Origin: Octopus sinensis
Taxonomy: Eukaryota
DNA length: 64,000 bases
Direction of reading: 5' to 3'
NCBI RefSeq assembly: GCF_006345805.1
Contig: NC_043010.1
Coordinates: 15,562,001 to 15,626,000, forward strand
Part shown: one piece after another, positions 38,902 to 53,056 of the stretch
How positions within the stretch are numbered: position 1 is the stretch's first letter
How the letters are laid out: each line of letters begins with the position of its first letter
Program-made: the position numbers and the translations under genes
The notes under the pieces: model-generated
What the model was told of the DNA's origin: nothing
The model's database searches: none
What the model saw: the letters and a program-made list of their open reading frames with translations, nothing else

Positions 38902-40714
38902 AGGTGAATGAATTATCCTATATTTACTGTCAACATGGAAAATTCGATGAACCGATACCAGGGTAGCAAATTCACGTCAGAAACACGGTTGAAGCGACCT
39001 GTCCAAGGGTAGAAACTCCGGATTCATGTGCAGAAATTTGTGTGTTATATATAAATAAATGAAAGAATGGAGTTGAACGAAGATGTTAACAAAATTCCTT
39101 TACTCTCGTCATATGTTTCGAAGACATCATGGTTTTATTCCAAAGGAATAAACGGTGCAAGATGCAATCTTCTCATCAGGAAAGAAAGGGAGCCTCTCTC
39201 AACAACAAGACAAAATAATAATTGTGATGACTGCGATGACTATATATATAGTTAATCCAAACATGAAAGCACAAAAAAAAAACACAACAACGCGAGGACG
39301 TGGAACAAATATAGTATTATTGGACGCTCAGGAAAGAAGGAGGGTTTAACGTTTCGAGCGGAGCTCTTCGTCGGAAACATAGGAGAAGGAAAGATCCAGA
39401 GAAGGGAAGACAGAGGGAAAAAAATCGTCAACGGTACACACGCGGTCACATTTTGAATGACCGGAAGGAAATGGGTGAAGAAAAGTTCTTTCAAAGACAG
39501 GAGAGTGCAAGAGGAGGTATGTGTGTGTAAGTGTGGATATGTACGTGCGCAAACGTCTGCGTGTGCGTGTGTGTGTATGTGTGTATGTGTGCAATGATAA
39601 CACGTGTGTGTGTGTGTGCGTGTATGTGTGTGTGTGTGTGTGGTTGTGGCTATTAATCTTTGCGTGTTGTAGGGCTTAGTATTGTTTAAGGTCAAGGAAG
39701 AAGGAATTGGGAGTGGCTCTTTTTGTCTCTACCCCAGGTCAGTAGTAGGTACTGCTAGTTTGAAGTATGTGTGTGCGTGTATGTATATGTATTGTGTGTG
39801 TGTGTGTTTTGTTTCTAGTGTGTGTGTATGTATGTGTGTGTTCGTGTGTGTATGCGTAGAGTTTGGGTGTGTTGCGAATAACTGTGTTTTACTTAGTGTG
39901 TGTGCGTGTGTGCTTGTACGTGCGTATGTGTGTACACATGTATGTATAATTGTGTGTGTGTATGTATAATTGTGTGCCGTGTGTATGGGACGTATGTGTG
40001 GGTTCATTTGTGTGTATGTGTGTATGTATGTACGTGCGAGTCGTATGTGCGTGTAGTTGTGGGTGCGTGTAGTTGTGTGTGCGTGTACGTGTGCGTTTGT
40101 ATGTGTGTGTGTAAGCGTATATGGGTGTATATACGTGTATCCGTGGGGTTGTGAGTGTATATATAGTTCCATTTGAAAAATCCACCAGAATGGACGAAAG
40201 CGCTAATATATGATTTTTGATATAAGCTATATGATGTATAAAAACATGTAATATACAAATAAATATCTGTAAATATAAAACCATCCGAATTTCTGAGTAC
40301 CTCATTTCTTCTAATATAAAATAACTGTACATCATCTCCAAACTTTCTAATATATATATATATATATATATAAGTGAAAGGAGTACAATGAGCTTGCCGT
40401 GACGAGTGGAATATACAACGTTTCGGATTCAAATCCTTCGTCAGTGGGGTAGAGAAATAAGTTAAACAGTATACAATGCGGTGACATTCTTTCAGTTTGA
40501 ATCTACCTAATCCAATCATAGGACTTTGGTCTGCTAGGGGCTATAATTGAAGACACTCGCAGTGGGACTGAACCCGGAACCAAGTGGTTGGAAAGCAAGC
40601 TTCTTACCACTAGCCACGCTTGACGTAAACAGACCACGGTCATGCTGGGGCACCACTGCTGATTAAAAAATAAATTGATTTTAATTCTACAGTGCACAAG
40701 ATGTTTTTTTTTTT

Positions 40715-41095
40715 TTGGCTATGTGGTAAAGTAGCTTGCTTGCGAACCACATAGTTCTGGGTTCAGTCCCACTGAGTGGCACGTTGGGCAAGTGTCTTCT
40801 ACTATAGTCTCGGGCCTTGTGAGTGGATTTGGTAGACGGAAACTGAAAGAGACCTGTCGTATATATGTATGTGTGTGTGTATACGTTTGTGTGTCTGTGT
40901 TTGTCCCCCCAACATCGCTTGACAACCGATGCCGGTGTGTTTACGTCGCCGTAATTTAGCGGTTCGGCAAAAATGACCGATAGAATAAGTACTAGGCTTA
41001 CAAACAATAGGTCCTGGGGTCGATTTGCTCGACTAAAGGCGGTGCTGCAGCATGGCCACAGTCAAATGACTGAAACAAGTAAAAGAGTAAAAAAG
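40715..41095 (+). mobile_element. SINE family 1 copy
   Basis: Matches 19504-19920. Confidence 0.9.
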
Positions 41096-41313
41096 TAAAC
41101 GAGATACAATTCCTAATAAAAATATGGTAGGACTTTTTAAATATCGAATGGTTTAGAGGATCTAATGATGTCGATAGGGGCAAAAATGGTTGAGAGCCAT
41201 TGTTTTAGAACTTGAGAGGGGAAGTAAAATTGGTGAAATTAGCATTACTAACTCTGAGGCTGTGCACTGGCGGCAAGAACTTGAAGACATTAGCACTTGG
41301 TATGTCAGAGGAA

Positions 41314-41617
41314 GTGGAGGCACATGGCCTAGTGGTTAGAGCAGCGGACTCGCGGTCGAGGGATCGCGGGTTCGAATCTCAGACCGGGCGATGTGTGTGT
41401 TTATGAGCGAAACACCTAATCTCCACGCGTCTCCGGCAGAAGGTAATGGCGAGACTTCAGCTGACTCTTTCGCCACAACTTTCTCTCACTCTTTCCTCCT
41501 GCATCTTGCAGCTCACCTGCGACGGACCGGCGTCCCGTCCAGGTGGGGAACCTATACGCCAAGGAAACCGGAAAAACGGCCCCTATGAGCCAGGCGTGGC
41601 CCGAGAAGGAACAAACA
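41314..41617 (+). mobile_element. SINE family 3 copy
   Basis: Near-identical to 20388-20693. Confidence 0.88.
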
Positions 41618-41707
41618 ATGACAGAGGAATCCGGGAGAATGAGCCTTTACGGTTGCATCCTTATGTCGAGAAACCTTCTCTTTCTCTTATTTTAGCCTGT
41701 GCTATTA

Positions 41708-41975
41708 GGCACATAGCTCAGTGGTTAGAGCGTCGGGCTCACAATCATGAGGTAGTGAGTTCGATTTCCGCTCCGGGCTGTGTGTTGTGTTCTTGAGCAA
41801 GACACTTTATTTTACGTCGCTCCAGTTTACTCAGCGGTAGAAATGAGTTGCGATGTCACTGGTGCCAAGCTGTATCGGCTTATCCCTTGGACAACATCGG
41901 CGGCGTGGATAGGGGAGGCTGGTGTGCATGGGCGACTGCTGGTCTTCCATAAGCAACCTTGCCCGGACCCGAGGT
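41708..41975 (+). mobile_element. tRNA-derived SINE family 4
   Basis: TAGCTCAGTGG and GAGTTCGATT boxes, then tgtgttgtgttcttgagcaagacactt; reverse copy at 30540-30843, partial copy at 46098-46205. Confidence 0.8.
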
Positions 41976-42123
41976 GGTACTTTACTCTATAAAGCTCTGT
42001 TTACTATTTATTTATTAATGTTTTTTTATATTTCTTGTTTTTATTTTTGTTTGTTAAAATTTTACCAGTTCTTTTTGTTATCTTTTTAAAATCCCATTTT
42101 ACTAACCTCAACACACACATTCA

Positions 42124-42767
42124 CAGGGCCAGATTTAAACCCATAGAGACCCTAAACACATACTAAGCACTTTGGCAACCCTATATATATGGCAGAAACG
42201 TTAGCACGCCGGGCGAAATGCGTTGCCGTATTTCGTCTGCCGTTACGTTCCGAGTTCAAATTCCGCCGAGGTCGACTTTGCCTTTTATCCTTCCGGGGTC
42301 GATAAATTAAGTACCAGTTACGCACTGGGGTCGATGTAATCGACTTAATCCGTTTGTCTGTCCTTGTTTGTCTCCTCTGTGTTTAGCCCCTTGTGGATAG
42401 TAAAGAAATATATATATATATCTATGTAATTCAAAATATAAACAATAATAAAGCATAAAATAAATTTTTAGTTTTCAAAATGAAACAAAAATAACAGTAA
42501 AATGGAAAATAATGTTTGTTTGTTTTGTATACTGTCATTTTATTTTATATTTGAAAGGTTTTTCCTACTTTTTTTAATTGCAAAATTAATCTTATGTAAC
42601 ACATCTGCTTCTATGTTTAGTAGAGGTAAGGCATCTCAAATACTATTTTAGCGAGTTTAAAGTGATTTCTTTTGTGCCGTAGACCATTTACCATTTCTGT
42701 GGTGCCCCCTTCTTCCCTCGATGCCCTAAGCATGTGCTTAATTTGCTTAATGATTAATCCATCGCTG
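42124..42767. mobile_element. Possible old hAT-type non-autonomous element interrupted by a SINE
   Basis: Begins CAGGGCCAGATTTA and ends TAATCCATCGCTG (degenerate TIR); SINE inserted at ~42191-42410; no TSD confirmed. Confidence 0.4.
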
Positions 42768-43389
42768 AACGCACACGCACGCACGCACGCACGCACACAA
42801 ATACACACAGACACATACACACACACACATACACACCACACACACACACACACAACACACACACACACACACACACATTATTGTTTTTCTTTAGAAAATT
42901 ACTATTTTTAAATCTCACTGTCCTTTTATTTTTCTTCGAGCCCTTGTGGCGGTGTTTTGGCAGAACCGTTAGGGTGTCGGAAAAATACCCTGAAGCATTT
43001 GTTTCGGGTTTTTACAATCTGTGTTCAAATCCCGCCACGGTCAAGTTTGCCTATCATATTTTGAAGTCGATGAAATAAAGTGTAGTTAAATGCTGTCTAC
43101 AGAATCGACAAAACCTTTCTTCTCAGAATTGCTATCCCTTGTTCTATTTCAGAAACTATAGCGTTAGACAAAATATTTAGTGGCGTTTCCTCCGGCTCTC
43201 TACGTTCGGAAGCACTGGAGACGAAGTAACAGACTACCGCTTTTCCCCTAAAATTGTTGGCCTTGTGCCAAAAGTTGAAACCATTATTATTAGTATTTTA
43301 AAAAATTGATAAAATAAAATTTTTTAAAATTTCATTAAAAACTCTTAAAAAAATTAATTAATTAAAAAATAAAAGAAATCATTATCACT

Positions 43390-43970
43390 TTTCTACTCAC
43401 AGCACAAGGCCCGAAATTTTTGGCGAGGGGGCCAGTCGATTAGATTGACCCCAGTACGTCACTGGTACTTAATTTATCGACCCAGAAAGGATGAAAGGCA
43501 AAGTATACCTCGGCGGAATTTGAACAGAAAACGTAAAGACAGACGAAATACCTATTTCTTTACTACACACAAGCGGTTAAACACAGAGGGGACAAACAAG
43601 GAGAGACTCATGGACTAAGTCGATTATATCGACCCCAGTGCGTAGCTGGTACTTATTTAATCGACCCCGAAAGGATGAAAGGCAAAGTCGACCTCGGCGG
43701 AATTTGAACTCAGAACGTAGCGGCAGACGAAATACCTATTTCTTTACTACCCTCAAGGGGCTAAACACAGAGGGGACAAACAAGGACAGACAAACGGACT
43801 AAGTCGATTATATCGACCCCAGTGCGTAGCTGGTACTTATTTAATCGACCCCGAAAGGATGAAAGGCAAAGTCGACCTCGGCGGAATTTGAACTCAGAAC
43901 GTAACGGCAGACAAAATACGGCTATGCATTTCGCCCGGCGTGCTAACGATTCCGCTAGCTCGCCGCCTTA
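43390..43970 (-). mobile_element. SINE family 2 with three tandem body copies (~180-bp period)
   Basis: aaggatgaaaggcaaagt..cctcggcggaatttgaac at ~43490, ~43672 and ~43856. Confidence 0.88.
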
Positions 43971-44759
43971 AAAAAGAAATCCTTATTACTTAGGCAGCGA
44001 AGGCGGCGAGCTGGAAGAGCCAAAATTTAAAACTAGTTTTACTAAGGCAGCGAGTCGGCAGAATCGTTAGCGGCTTTAAAGTTAGTTCTTTTAAATCTTT
44101 ACGCTCTGGATTCGAATTCAGTTGAAGTCACCTTTGCTTTTCATTGTCGATAAAGCGAAATACCAGTCAAGTAATACCAGCGTAATCGACTTGGACTTAC
44201 GATTCCCCTCAAAGTTACTGGCCTTGTGCCAAAATTAGAAAAGACTCTACCGAGTGTATAGGGAAGATCGACGCACCACCTTCCCTTAGCAGAGAAGTGG
44301 GGCAGATCTTTCTCCGCTTAGTGGCTGTGACAAACGAAATTGTATGGTGGACCCGTCTGAAAGGTTTGAAGACAGGCACATTCCTACCTGGTCAATCTCT
44401 CATCAATTTCTTCTAATATTAGTTGAAGAGGAAGGTGAGGGTAGGGCGGGAGGTGATGCCTTCTAGTGCTTTTATCAAAAGGGGGTCGACAATGGTAAGA
44501 TTACTGAGACTGAATGGATCGATTCTGAATATGCATTTCTAAGCAAGAGGAGGGCACTTTCCTATGCTTTGGGGGATAACAGATATATCCTTTAATGTGG
44601 TAGTATCTCCCCTTGATTGATGTTAACTCCATGTTTTGATAAGTTTTTGTAATTTTTTTTTTTTGAGCTGTTACTCATCCTTCGATATTGCTCTCCATGT
44701 CTTTGGCACTTGTGGCCAATAAAAGAAATCATCATCATCATCATTATTATTATTATTCT

Positions 44760-45345
44760 ATGTTTGACTTTTGCTTTACATTTGTACAAGTTGGCTCCAA
44801 GTCTCACCCAGAGACCTCAAGAGACAACAGGCTGGAAGTTCATGTTGTTGTTATGCCTAGTTGCCATATATTTGGTTTTGTATTTAGTATTGTACTAGTG
44901 AATGTCTAAAAATCCATACGAAAATTATGTTTTGTTTTAAAACTTGAGATTACATAGAAAGTATTTTGCGTAGGATATGAGCAGTTCCCGTGAGCACTAT
45001 CTTTTGAATTTCTACCATTTTGGGATTTCCTGGTATCTGAGTTAGGTAGCAATCAGTCCCTTTTGCTATCATTCCCAGGGCACCTATGATAACAGGTATT
45101 GTTTTAGTCTTCAGGTTCCACATTTTGCTGATTTCTATTTCAAGATCTTTATATTTGCTCAGTTTTTGGTAGGTCTTGACAGATACGTTTATATCGATTG
45201 GGACAGTCATATCAACGAGGAGGCATGTTCTTTGTCTGAAGTCTTTCAATATGATGTCTGGCCTATTTGCATCTATCTTTCTGTCAGTTTGAATGGTGAA
45301 GTTCCAGAGGAGCGAGATGTGGTCATTTTCAAGCACTGGGGGTGG
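44760..45345 (-). mobile_element. R4/Dong-type non-LTR retrotransposon, 5'-truncated 3' fragment (restriction-like endonuclease domain)
   Basis: ORF 44950-45336: LLWNFTIQTDRKIDANRPDIILKD..CLLVDMTVP..KLSKYKDLEIEISKMW..IPVIIGALG, i.e. the RPD..D..K..KY REL motif; flanked by (ATT)n tracts. Confidence 0.88.
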
Positions 45346-45383
45346 TTTGTGTTCCCACCAGTTTTTTTTTCATGGGGCAAATC

Positions 45384-45447
<64 letters not shown>

Positions 45448-46217
45448 TTTATCATTATTATTATTGTTATTATTACTACTACTACTACTACCACAAACAA
45501 TAGAGTTCGTCAAGGTGCGGTGATGCCTTTGTCCACTGTGGCGGTGTATCAAGTCTACTGACGTCCTCTTCCTTCCACTCTCTATCCTTGCATTGATCAT
45601 TTTATGGGTACATGGAGAGAACAGGTGGTGGCGAGAGGGGGGGGAGAAGGAATGCAAAGCAGCAGTACTGAGCCTTCCATCCCTCCTCCCACCCTACACC
45701 GCCCTCACCCAGTGTTATATGACGTTGGGGGGTGTGGTGTGGCGAGCGTGGTTTGCCAGAGAGGAGGCAGGCTGGCTGACTGGCCGGCTGCCGGGCTGGC
45801 TATGACAGCTGTGGTGGTGGCGGCTGGTCGACATACCTCAGTGCGTCGAAACAATATCAGAGGTGTCAAAACATCAACAACATACATCATTAAATATCCT
45901 GTCACCTACTTCACTGACAAATATACACACGTTCACACGCATACACTCTCTTACACACACACACACACGCACACACACACATACACACACAGACACACTC
46001 TTTCACACACGCACGCACGCAAGCACACACACACACACACACATTCTTTTATTCTGTTACGTGTTTCAGTCATTTGACTGTGGCCATGCTGGAGCAACGT
46101 GAAATAAAGTGTCTGGCTCAAGGACACAACGCGCCGCCGAGAATCGAACTCGAGACCTTACAATTGTGAGCTTAATACGCTAACCACTAATCCACGCGTC
46201 TTCACATCATCATCATC

Positions 46218-46795
46218 ATCATTGTTCGACCGTGGTCGAGGCAATGGAAGTTACCATGCTACGCCAGACTTCACGGTCCATCATAGCATTACGGAGGTCC
46301 TGTTGCTGGATGCCTGTATCTCTGGAGATTACATCAGGGTAGGAGAGTGTGCGCCCTCTGGTATTGCGAGTAGATGGCTTCCAGAAGAGAAGAGTAGAAA
46401 TTACCACGTTTTCAGCTCTACAACAATGTCCAGCAAACTGGACTCTCCTACCTTTCACACGAGATGACACAGGTGGTCATCATCATTGTTCGACCGTGGT
46501 CGAGACAATGGAATTTACCATGCTACGCCAGACTTCACGGTCCATCATGGCATTACGGAGGTCCTGTTGCTGGATGCCTGTATCCCTGGAGATTACATCA
46601 GGGTAGGAGAGTGTGCGCCCTCTGGTATTGCGAGTAGATGGCTTCCAGAGGAGAAGAGTAGAAATTACTTCTTTTTCAGCTCTACAACAATGTCCACATA
46701 TATTTGCATTTTGGTTGGATGACGCTTCCACGAGAGATTTTGAGCTCTCATAAGGAGGCGAGTGTAGGTTCCATCCAACCGTCTCTCAAGCTTCA
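46218..46795 (-). mobile_element. RTE-type LINE 3' end, tandemly duplicated (~264-bp period)
   Basis: RRVQFAGHCCRAE..LLWKP..RGRTLSYPDVISRDTG..AMMDREVWRSMV occurs twice, each copy ending in a (TGA)n tail. Confidence 0.85.
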
Positions 46796-47035
46796 CACTC
46801 GAATGAGATAAGGATGCGTCTAAACCTCAAAGTGGTCATAGAAAGTTTCGATTGTGCCACAGTAGCATGGATAATATCACTCACGCCGTGAGGAGCTGTC
46901 CAAAGATTTCTGCCAGATAGTACCATCCTGGGGTCAAGATATTCTTGCTCAGGTGGTCTGCAATGTTAACTGCAAGAAGAATTGTCTCGACGGTTCTTGC
47001 AGAATTGAATTTTATTATTATTATTTTTTTATTAA

Positions 47036-47149
<114 letters not shown>

Positions 47150-48208
47150 TAGTTTTATTTTTATAGCGTGCTTTCACTTCACTACCGAGCGCAGCTCTGT
47201 GTGCCTTGGGTATGTGCTGTGATTTGTTGTGATGCTCTGATGGTTATTGTATGGAAAGTGTTCTGCGTAGGATGTGTGCAGTGCCTAGTAGTGCAATTTT
47301 CTGTATGTTATATGTGTTTGTAAGTCCTGGTGTTTTTGTTATGTATTGTCTGAATATTTTTTATCATGCCTAATGCACCTACTATGATAGGAATTGTTTC
47401 TGTTTTCAGATTCCACACTCTAGTTACCTCTATTTCCAGGTCTTTGTATTTTGAGAGTTTCTCCATTTCTTTTAGAGACACGTTGTCATCTGCCGGTATT
47501 GATACATCAATTAGAAAGCATTTTTTTTTCTTCATGATCTCTGACAACTATATCTGGCCTGTTGGCCTTAATTTCTCTATCTGTGTGTATCGGCATATCC
47601 CAGAGTATGGTTGCTTTCTCGTTTTCTGTGACCTTTTCTGGTGTGTGCCTATACCATCTTTTTCTGTTGTTATTCCATAATGTTGGCATAGCTTCCAATG
47701 TATGTAGGTTCCAACTCTGTCATGTCTGTGAATATATTCCTTCTTAGCCAGGACTGGGCAGCTAGAGATAATATGATTTATTGTTTCTTGTCCATCTCCA
47801 CATATTCTGCAGTTACTTGTAATATTTCTTTTCATTACATGTTTTTGGTAATTTCTGGTGGGGAAGCTTTGGTCTTGCGCTGCAATTAAAAATCCCTCTG
47901 TTTCTGCTTTGAGTCCTGAGCTTCTCAACCATTGCTGGGATTTTTCTTTGTCTATTTCTTTTGCGTTTAGTTTAGTGCAGTATTTACCATGAAGGGGCTT
48001 TTCTTGCCATCATTTTATCATGGTTCGTTGCTGTTCTATTTTTAGTTTGGATTTCATTTGTTTTATAGATTTTGTTGTTTCTTCATCATCTTCTTCTTCT
48101 TCTTCATGTTTATTAGGTGGTATGATTTCTTGTTTGTATTTCTCAGCTTCCTTAAATACTGAGAACAGTTTTTTGTTTTGCTCGTGTTTTGCTGCTATCT
48201 GGATCAGA

Positions 48209-48210
<2 letters not shown>
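47150..48210 (-). mobile_element. R4/Dong-type non-LTR retrotransposon, frameshifted 3' fragment (CCHC + REL endonuclease)
   Basis: LKAETEGFLIAAQDQ, CRICGDGQETINHIISSC (CCHC), RHDRV, ILWDMPIHTDREIKANRPDIV and KLSKYKDLEIEV spread over three frames; embedded between long (ATT)n tracts. Confidence 0.92.
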
Positions 48211-48283
<73 letters not shown>

Positions 48284-48288
48284 CATCA

Positions 48289-48323
<35 letters not shown>

Positions 48324-48341
48324 TTTATTATCATCATCATT

Positions 48342-48392
<51 letters not shown>

Positions 48393-48396
48393 GTCA

Positions 48397-48463
<67 letters not shown>

Positions 48464-48570
48464 CATCATCATCATTAGTATTATTATTATTTTTATTATC
48501 ATTATTATTATTATTATTATTATCATTATTTTTATTATTACTATTATTATTATTATTATTATTATTATAT
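48210..48570. repeat. (ATT)n/(ATC)n tract
   Basis: Direct reading. Confidence 0.97.
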
Positions 48571-48954
48571 TAATATCAGAACCAGAAAGCATCGACACAT
48601 TTAACAATAAAGGTTACTATTATTTCTTTATTCTTTTGCTTGTTTCAGTCATTTGACTGCGGCCATTCTGGAGCACTGCCTTTAGTCGAACAAATCGACC
48701 CCAGAACTTATTCTATGTAAGCCTAGTACTTATTATATCAGTCTCTTTTGGCGAACCGCTAAGTGACGGGAACGTAAACATACCAGCATTGTCAAGCGAT
48801 GATGGGGGACTAACACTGACACATAAATATATACATACAAATCGACCCCCAGACTTATTCTTTTGCCGAACAGCTAAGTTACGGGGACGTAAACACAACT
48901 AGATCGCTTGTCAAGCGATTGTTGGGGAACAAGCATAGACACACACACACAAAC

Positions 48955-49772
48955 ATATACATACATACATAAATACATACATATATAGATACATACACAC
49001 ATACATACATACATACATACATACATGCATACATGCATACATACATACATACATACATACATACATACATACATACATACATACATACATACATACATAC
49101 ATACATACATACATACATACATACATACATACATACATACATACGTACATACATACATACATACATACACACATACATACATACATACATACATACATTC
49201 ATACATACATATATACATACATACATGCATGCATACATACATACATACATACATGCATACATACATACATGCATACATACACACATACACACATTCATAC
49301 ATACTTACATACACACATACATACATACATACATACATACATACATACATACATACATGCATACATACATACATACATACATACATACATACATACATAC
49401 GTACATACATACATACATACATACACACATACATTCATACATACATGCATACATACATACATGCATACATACACACATACACACATTCATACATACTTAC
49501 ATACACACATACATACATACATACATACATACATACATACATACATACATACATACATACATACATACATACGTACATACATACATACATACATACACAC
49601 ATACATACATACATACATGCATACATACATACATGCATACATACACACATACACACATTCATACATACTTACATACACACATACATACATACATACATAC
49701 ATACATACATACATACACACATACATACATACATACATACATGCATACATGCATACATACATGCATACATAC
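48955..49772. repeat. (TACA)n microsatellite; similar tracts at 24200-25050 and 32520-33000
   Basis: Direct reading; source of the spurious HTYI/MYVC ORFs. Confidence 0.97.
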
Positions 49773-49857
49773 TACGCTCTTCTACAGAAAGGAACACAGA
49801 AAGAAACAAAGGGAGAAAATAAAGAATGTGTAGTGGCTAGCAATCTATCATTATATG

Positions 49858-49904
<47 letters not shown>

Positions 49905-50752
49905 ACATATATATATGCATACTTATATGTATATATATCTATATCTATATCTATCTATCTATATATCTATATATATATATATATATATATGTGTGGAGGC
50001 GCAATGGCCTCGTGGTCGTAGGATCGCGGTTCGATTCCCAGACTGGGCGTTGTGAGTGTTTATTGATCGAAAACACCTAAAGCTCCACGCGGCTCCGGCA
50101 GGGTATGGTGGCGAGCCCTGCTGTACTCTTTCACTGCACTCTTTCTTCTGTTGGCCTGCTCTCTTAGCCAGCGGGGTGGCGTCATTTAAAGGCTAAAACA
50201 ATGCGAAGCGCATTGTGACCAGCAATGTGTAGCAACACGGTGATGGTGATGTATGTATATTCGACGGGCTTCTTTCAGTATCGATCCGCCAAATACACCC
50301 AGGTTATAGTAGAAGACAATTGCCCAAGGTGCCATGCAGTGGGACTGAACCCGGAACCATGTGGTTGGGAAGCAAGCTTCTTACCACATAGCTACTCTTG
50401 CGCCTGACTGATACTTTTTGCATATCCAAATTAACTTGGATGCATTCTTGAAGAGTAGAACGCTGCGTCAAATACCTCGAGAGAACTTCTCATGTGGATG
50501 CATGGAGCACATGAAAATACACATATGATAGAGGAGGCATAGGTGCTGGTAGTGGCATTCGTGGTTGTTTATGGTGTAAGATCATGGATTGGCAGAATTG
50601 GTAGAACGTCGGAATAATAAAATGCAGTACTTATTCCGGACTTGTTTACGCCTTCAGTGCAAATCCCACGAATTCAACTTCACCTTTTATCCTTTATTGG
50701 TCGAATAAATAAAGTACCATTAAATAGTTATTAGCGACAAAAACAGTATTAA

Positions 50753-50973
50753 CCCTTTCATTACCAACCCGCCTGAAACCGTCTCTGGCTCTGTAGTAGA
50801 AATGTCTTGTTTTCATAAGTTTTGAATTAAAATCTTCCACCAAACTTAAGTCACAATTGATGTTCCTAACACTAACTGAATGATAACAAAGTTATTTTAC
50901 TGAATTCTTTGTTATATTTAAAGTAATTGAAAGAAACATAGAGCATCTCAAAATAAATATGGTAACAAAAGGG
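50753..50973. mobile_element. piggyBac-type MITE
   Basis: TTAA|CCCTTTCATTACCA ... TGGTAACAAAAGGG|TTAA: TTAA TSD, CCC/GGG termini, 12/14 TIR match. Confidence 0.85.
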
Positions 50974-51294
50974 TTAACGCCAAAAGGCAATTTTTATATC
51001 CAACTTAACGTGAATGTATTGTCAGAACACTGAATACTGTGCTATTTACCTTGAGAGGACCTCTCATATAGACGCATGGTGTATAAACACATACATGTTT
51101 AAATCGCTGGCAGATGAGAATCGTCTGTTGTGGGCACCAAGACACCCCGATTGCGTGATTTCTTTAGTGGTAGAACGTCCGTCAATTATTTTTTAGTTAG
51201 CTTCTTGGCTATTTGCTACTTTGGGGCTTAAACGGCTACTGAAATTACATATATCACTGTTAGTGAGATTTGGCTGCATACGGCCACCGGACGT

Positions 51295-51340
51295 CTGTCG
51301 CTGAAGAGATGAGGTATGTCGAAATCACGCGATCTAGCAG
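51295..51340 (+). ncRNA. Candidate type I hammerhead ribozyme, canonical core
   Basis: ctgtcg CTGAAGA GAT-gaggtat-GTC GAAA TC-acgc-GAT C tagcag: CUGANGA core, stem II, GAAA, stem III ATC/GAT, AUC triplet, imperfect stem I. Folded by eye. Confidence 0.55.
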
Positions 51341-51844
51341 TGCGGGCGCCCGCAGTAGAATTTGGCGATTCTGTCAATTCATGAACTTCTACCATAAAGA
51401 ACCACTAAACCTATCTCAACAGCTATAATACTACTACTACCACCACCGGTAATACTACCATCTTACCATAATGAAAACGATAGGGAGGTGGAAGAGGAGA
51501 AAAATTTGTTATGGAACACTATCTTGGAAATATTTGAATCCTGATTTGAGAAATAAGAAAGATGAGTCACTTATTTAAATTCCCAAGAGCTTCAGAAATG
51601 TAAAGAATAAGGTCGCCAATTCAAGTGCTTCGTCTTCCCTCCACGCCCCGTTTCCTTGGTTTCTATTCAAATCTGAGGCGATTAGAACCTTGAAACTTGA
51701 ATAAGCTATGGAAGAGAGAGAGAGAGAGAGAGAGGGGGGAGAAGGAGAAAGAAAGAGAGAGAGGGGGAGGGAGGGAAAGACAGGGAGAGAGATGGAGAGG
51801 GAAGGAGGAAGAAAATGAGAAAGAGAGATAGATAGATAGATAGA

Positions 51845-52142
51845 GAAAGAGAGAGAGAGAGTGGGATCATGTATCAACACTAGTATTTCTTTCGAGCGCA
51901 CCCAGGATCATAACCACATATCCGGCTCGGTTATTTGTGAACTATATATATATATATGCATATGTGGGTATATATACACATACAAACATACATACATACA
52001 TACATACATACATACATCATACAACATACATACATACATACTACATACATACATACATACATACTACATACATACATACATATATAATATATATATATAT
52101 ACAAACACACATATACATACACATACGTGCATACATACATAG

Positions 52143-52192
<50 letters not shown>

Positions 52193-52373
52193 TATATATA
52201 TACATACATATATATATATATATGCATATGTGGGTATATACACATACAACATACATACATACATACACATACATACATACATACATATATATATATATAT
52301 GCATATGTGGGTACAGACGTCACCAACTGTAAACAACATGAAGTACGAAAACAAGTTAAATACGCATACTTGC

Positions 52374-52412
<39 letters not shown>

Positions 52413-52835
52413 AGGAGATAAATATGTGTGTACATGTGTGTAGCGTATGCGCACACGAACACACATCCAGACACACACACGCACAGCGCTGTTTAAGAAT
52501 GTTTCTGAGCTTAGAACTTCCCGACAAAAATTACGGAACGGATCTGAAAACTGAAGAATCGAGGTTTTGGCATTACTTGGGTTTCACTCATCACTCGGTG
52601 TAGCGTCAGGATTCTTGCATGATAAAGCACAAGGGTTAATAACATCTAAAGTTATAGGCACGGCTTCGTATACATACATACATACATACATACATACATA
52701 CATACATACCTACATACATACATACTACATACATACATACATACTTACACATATATACACACGAACACACTCGTGCATATACAAATATAGATGTATGCAT
52801 GTATGTATGTCTGTATGTATGTAGGTATGCATGTA

Positions 52836-52893
<58 letters not shown>

Positions 52894-52912
52894 ACTATCT
52901 ATCTATCTATCT

Positions 52913-52943
<31 letters not shown>

Positions 52944-52954
52944 GTCTGTCTGCC

Positions 52955-52989
<35 letters not shown>

Positions 52990-52994
52990 ATCTA

Positions 52995-53056
<62 letters not shown>

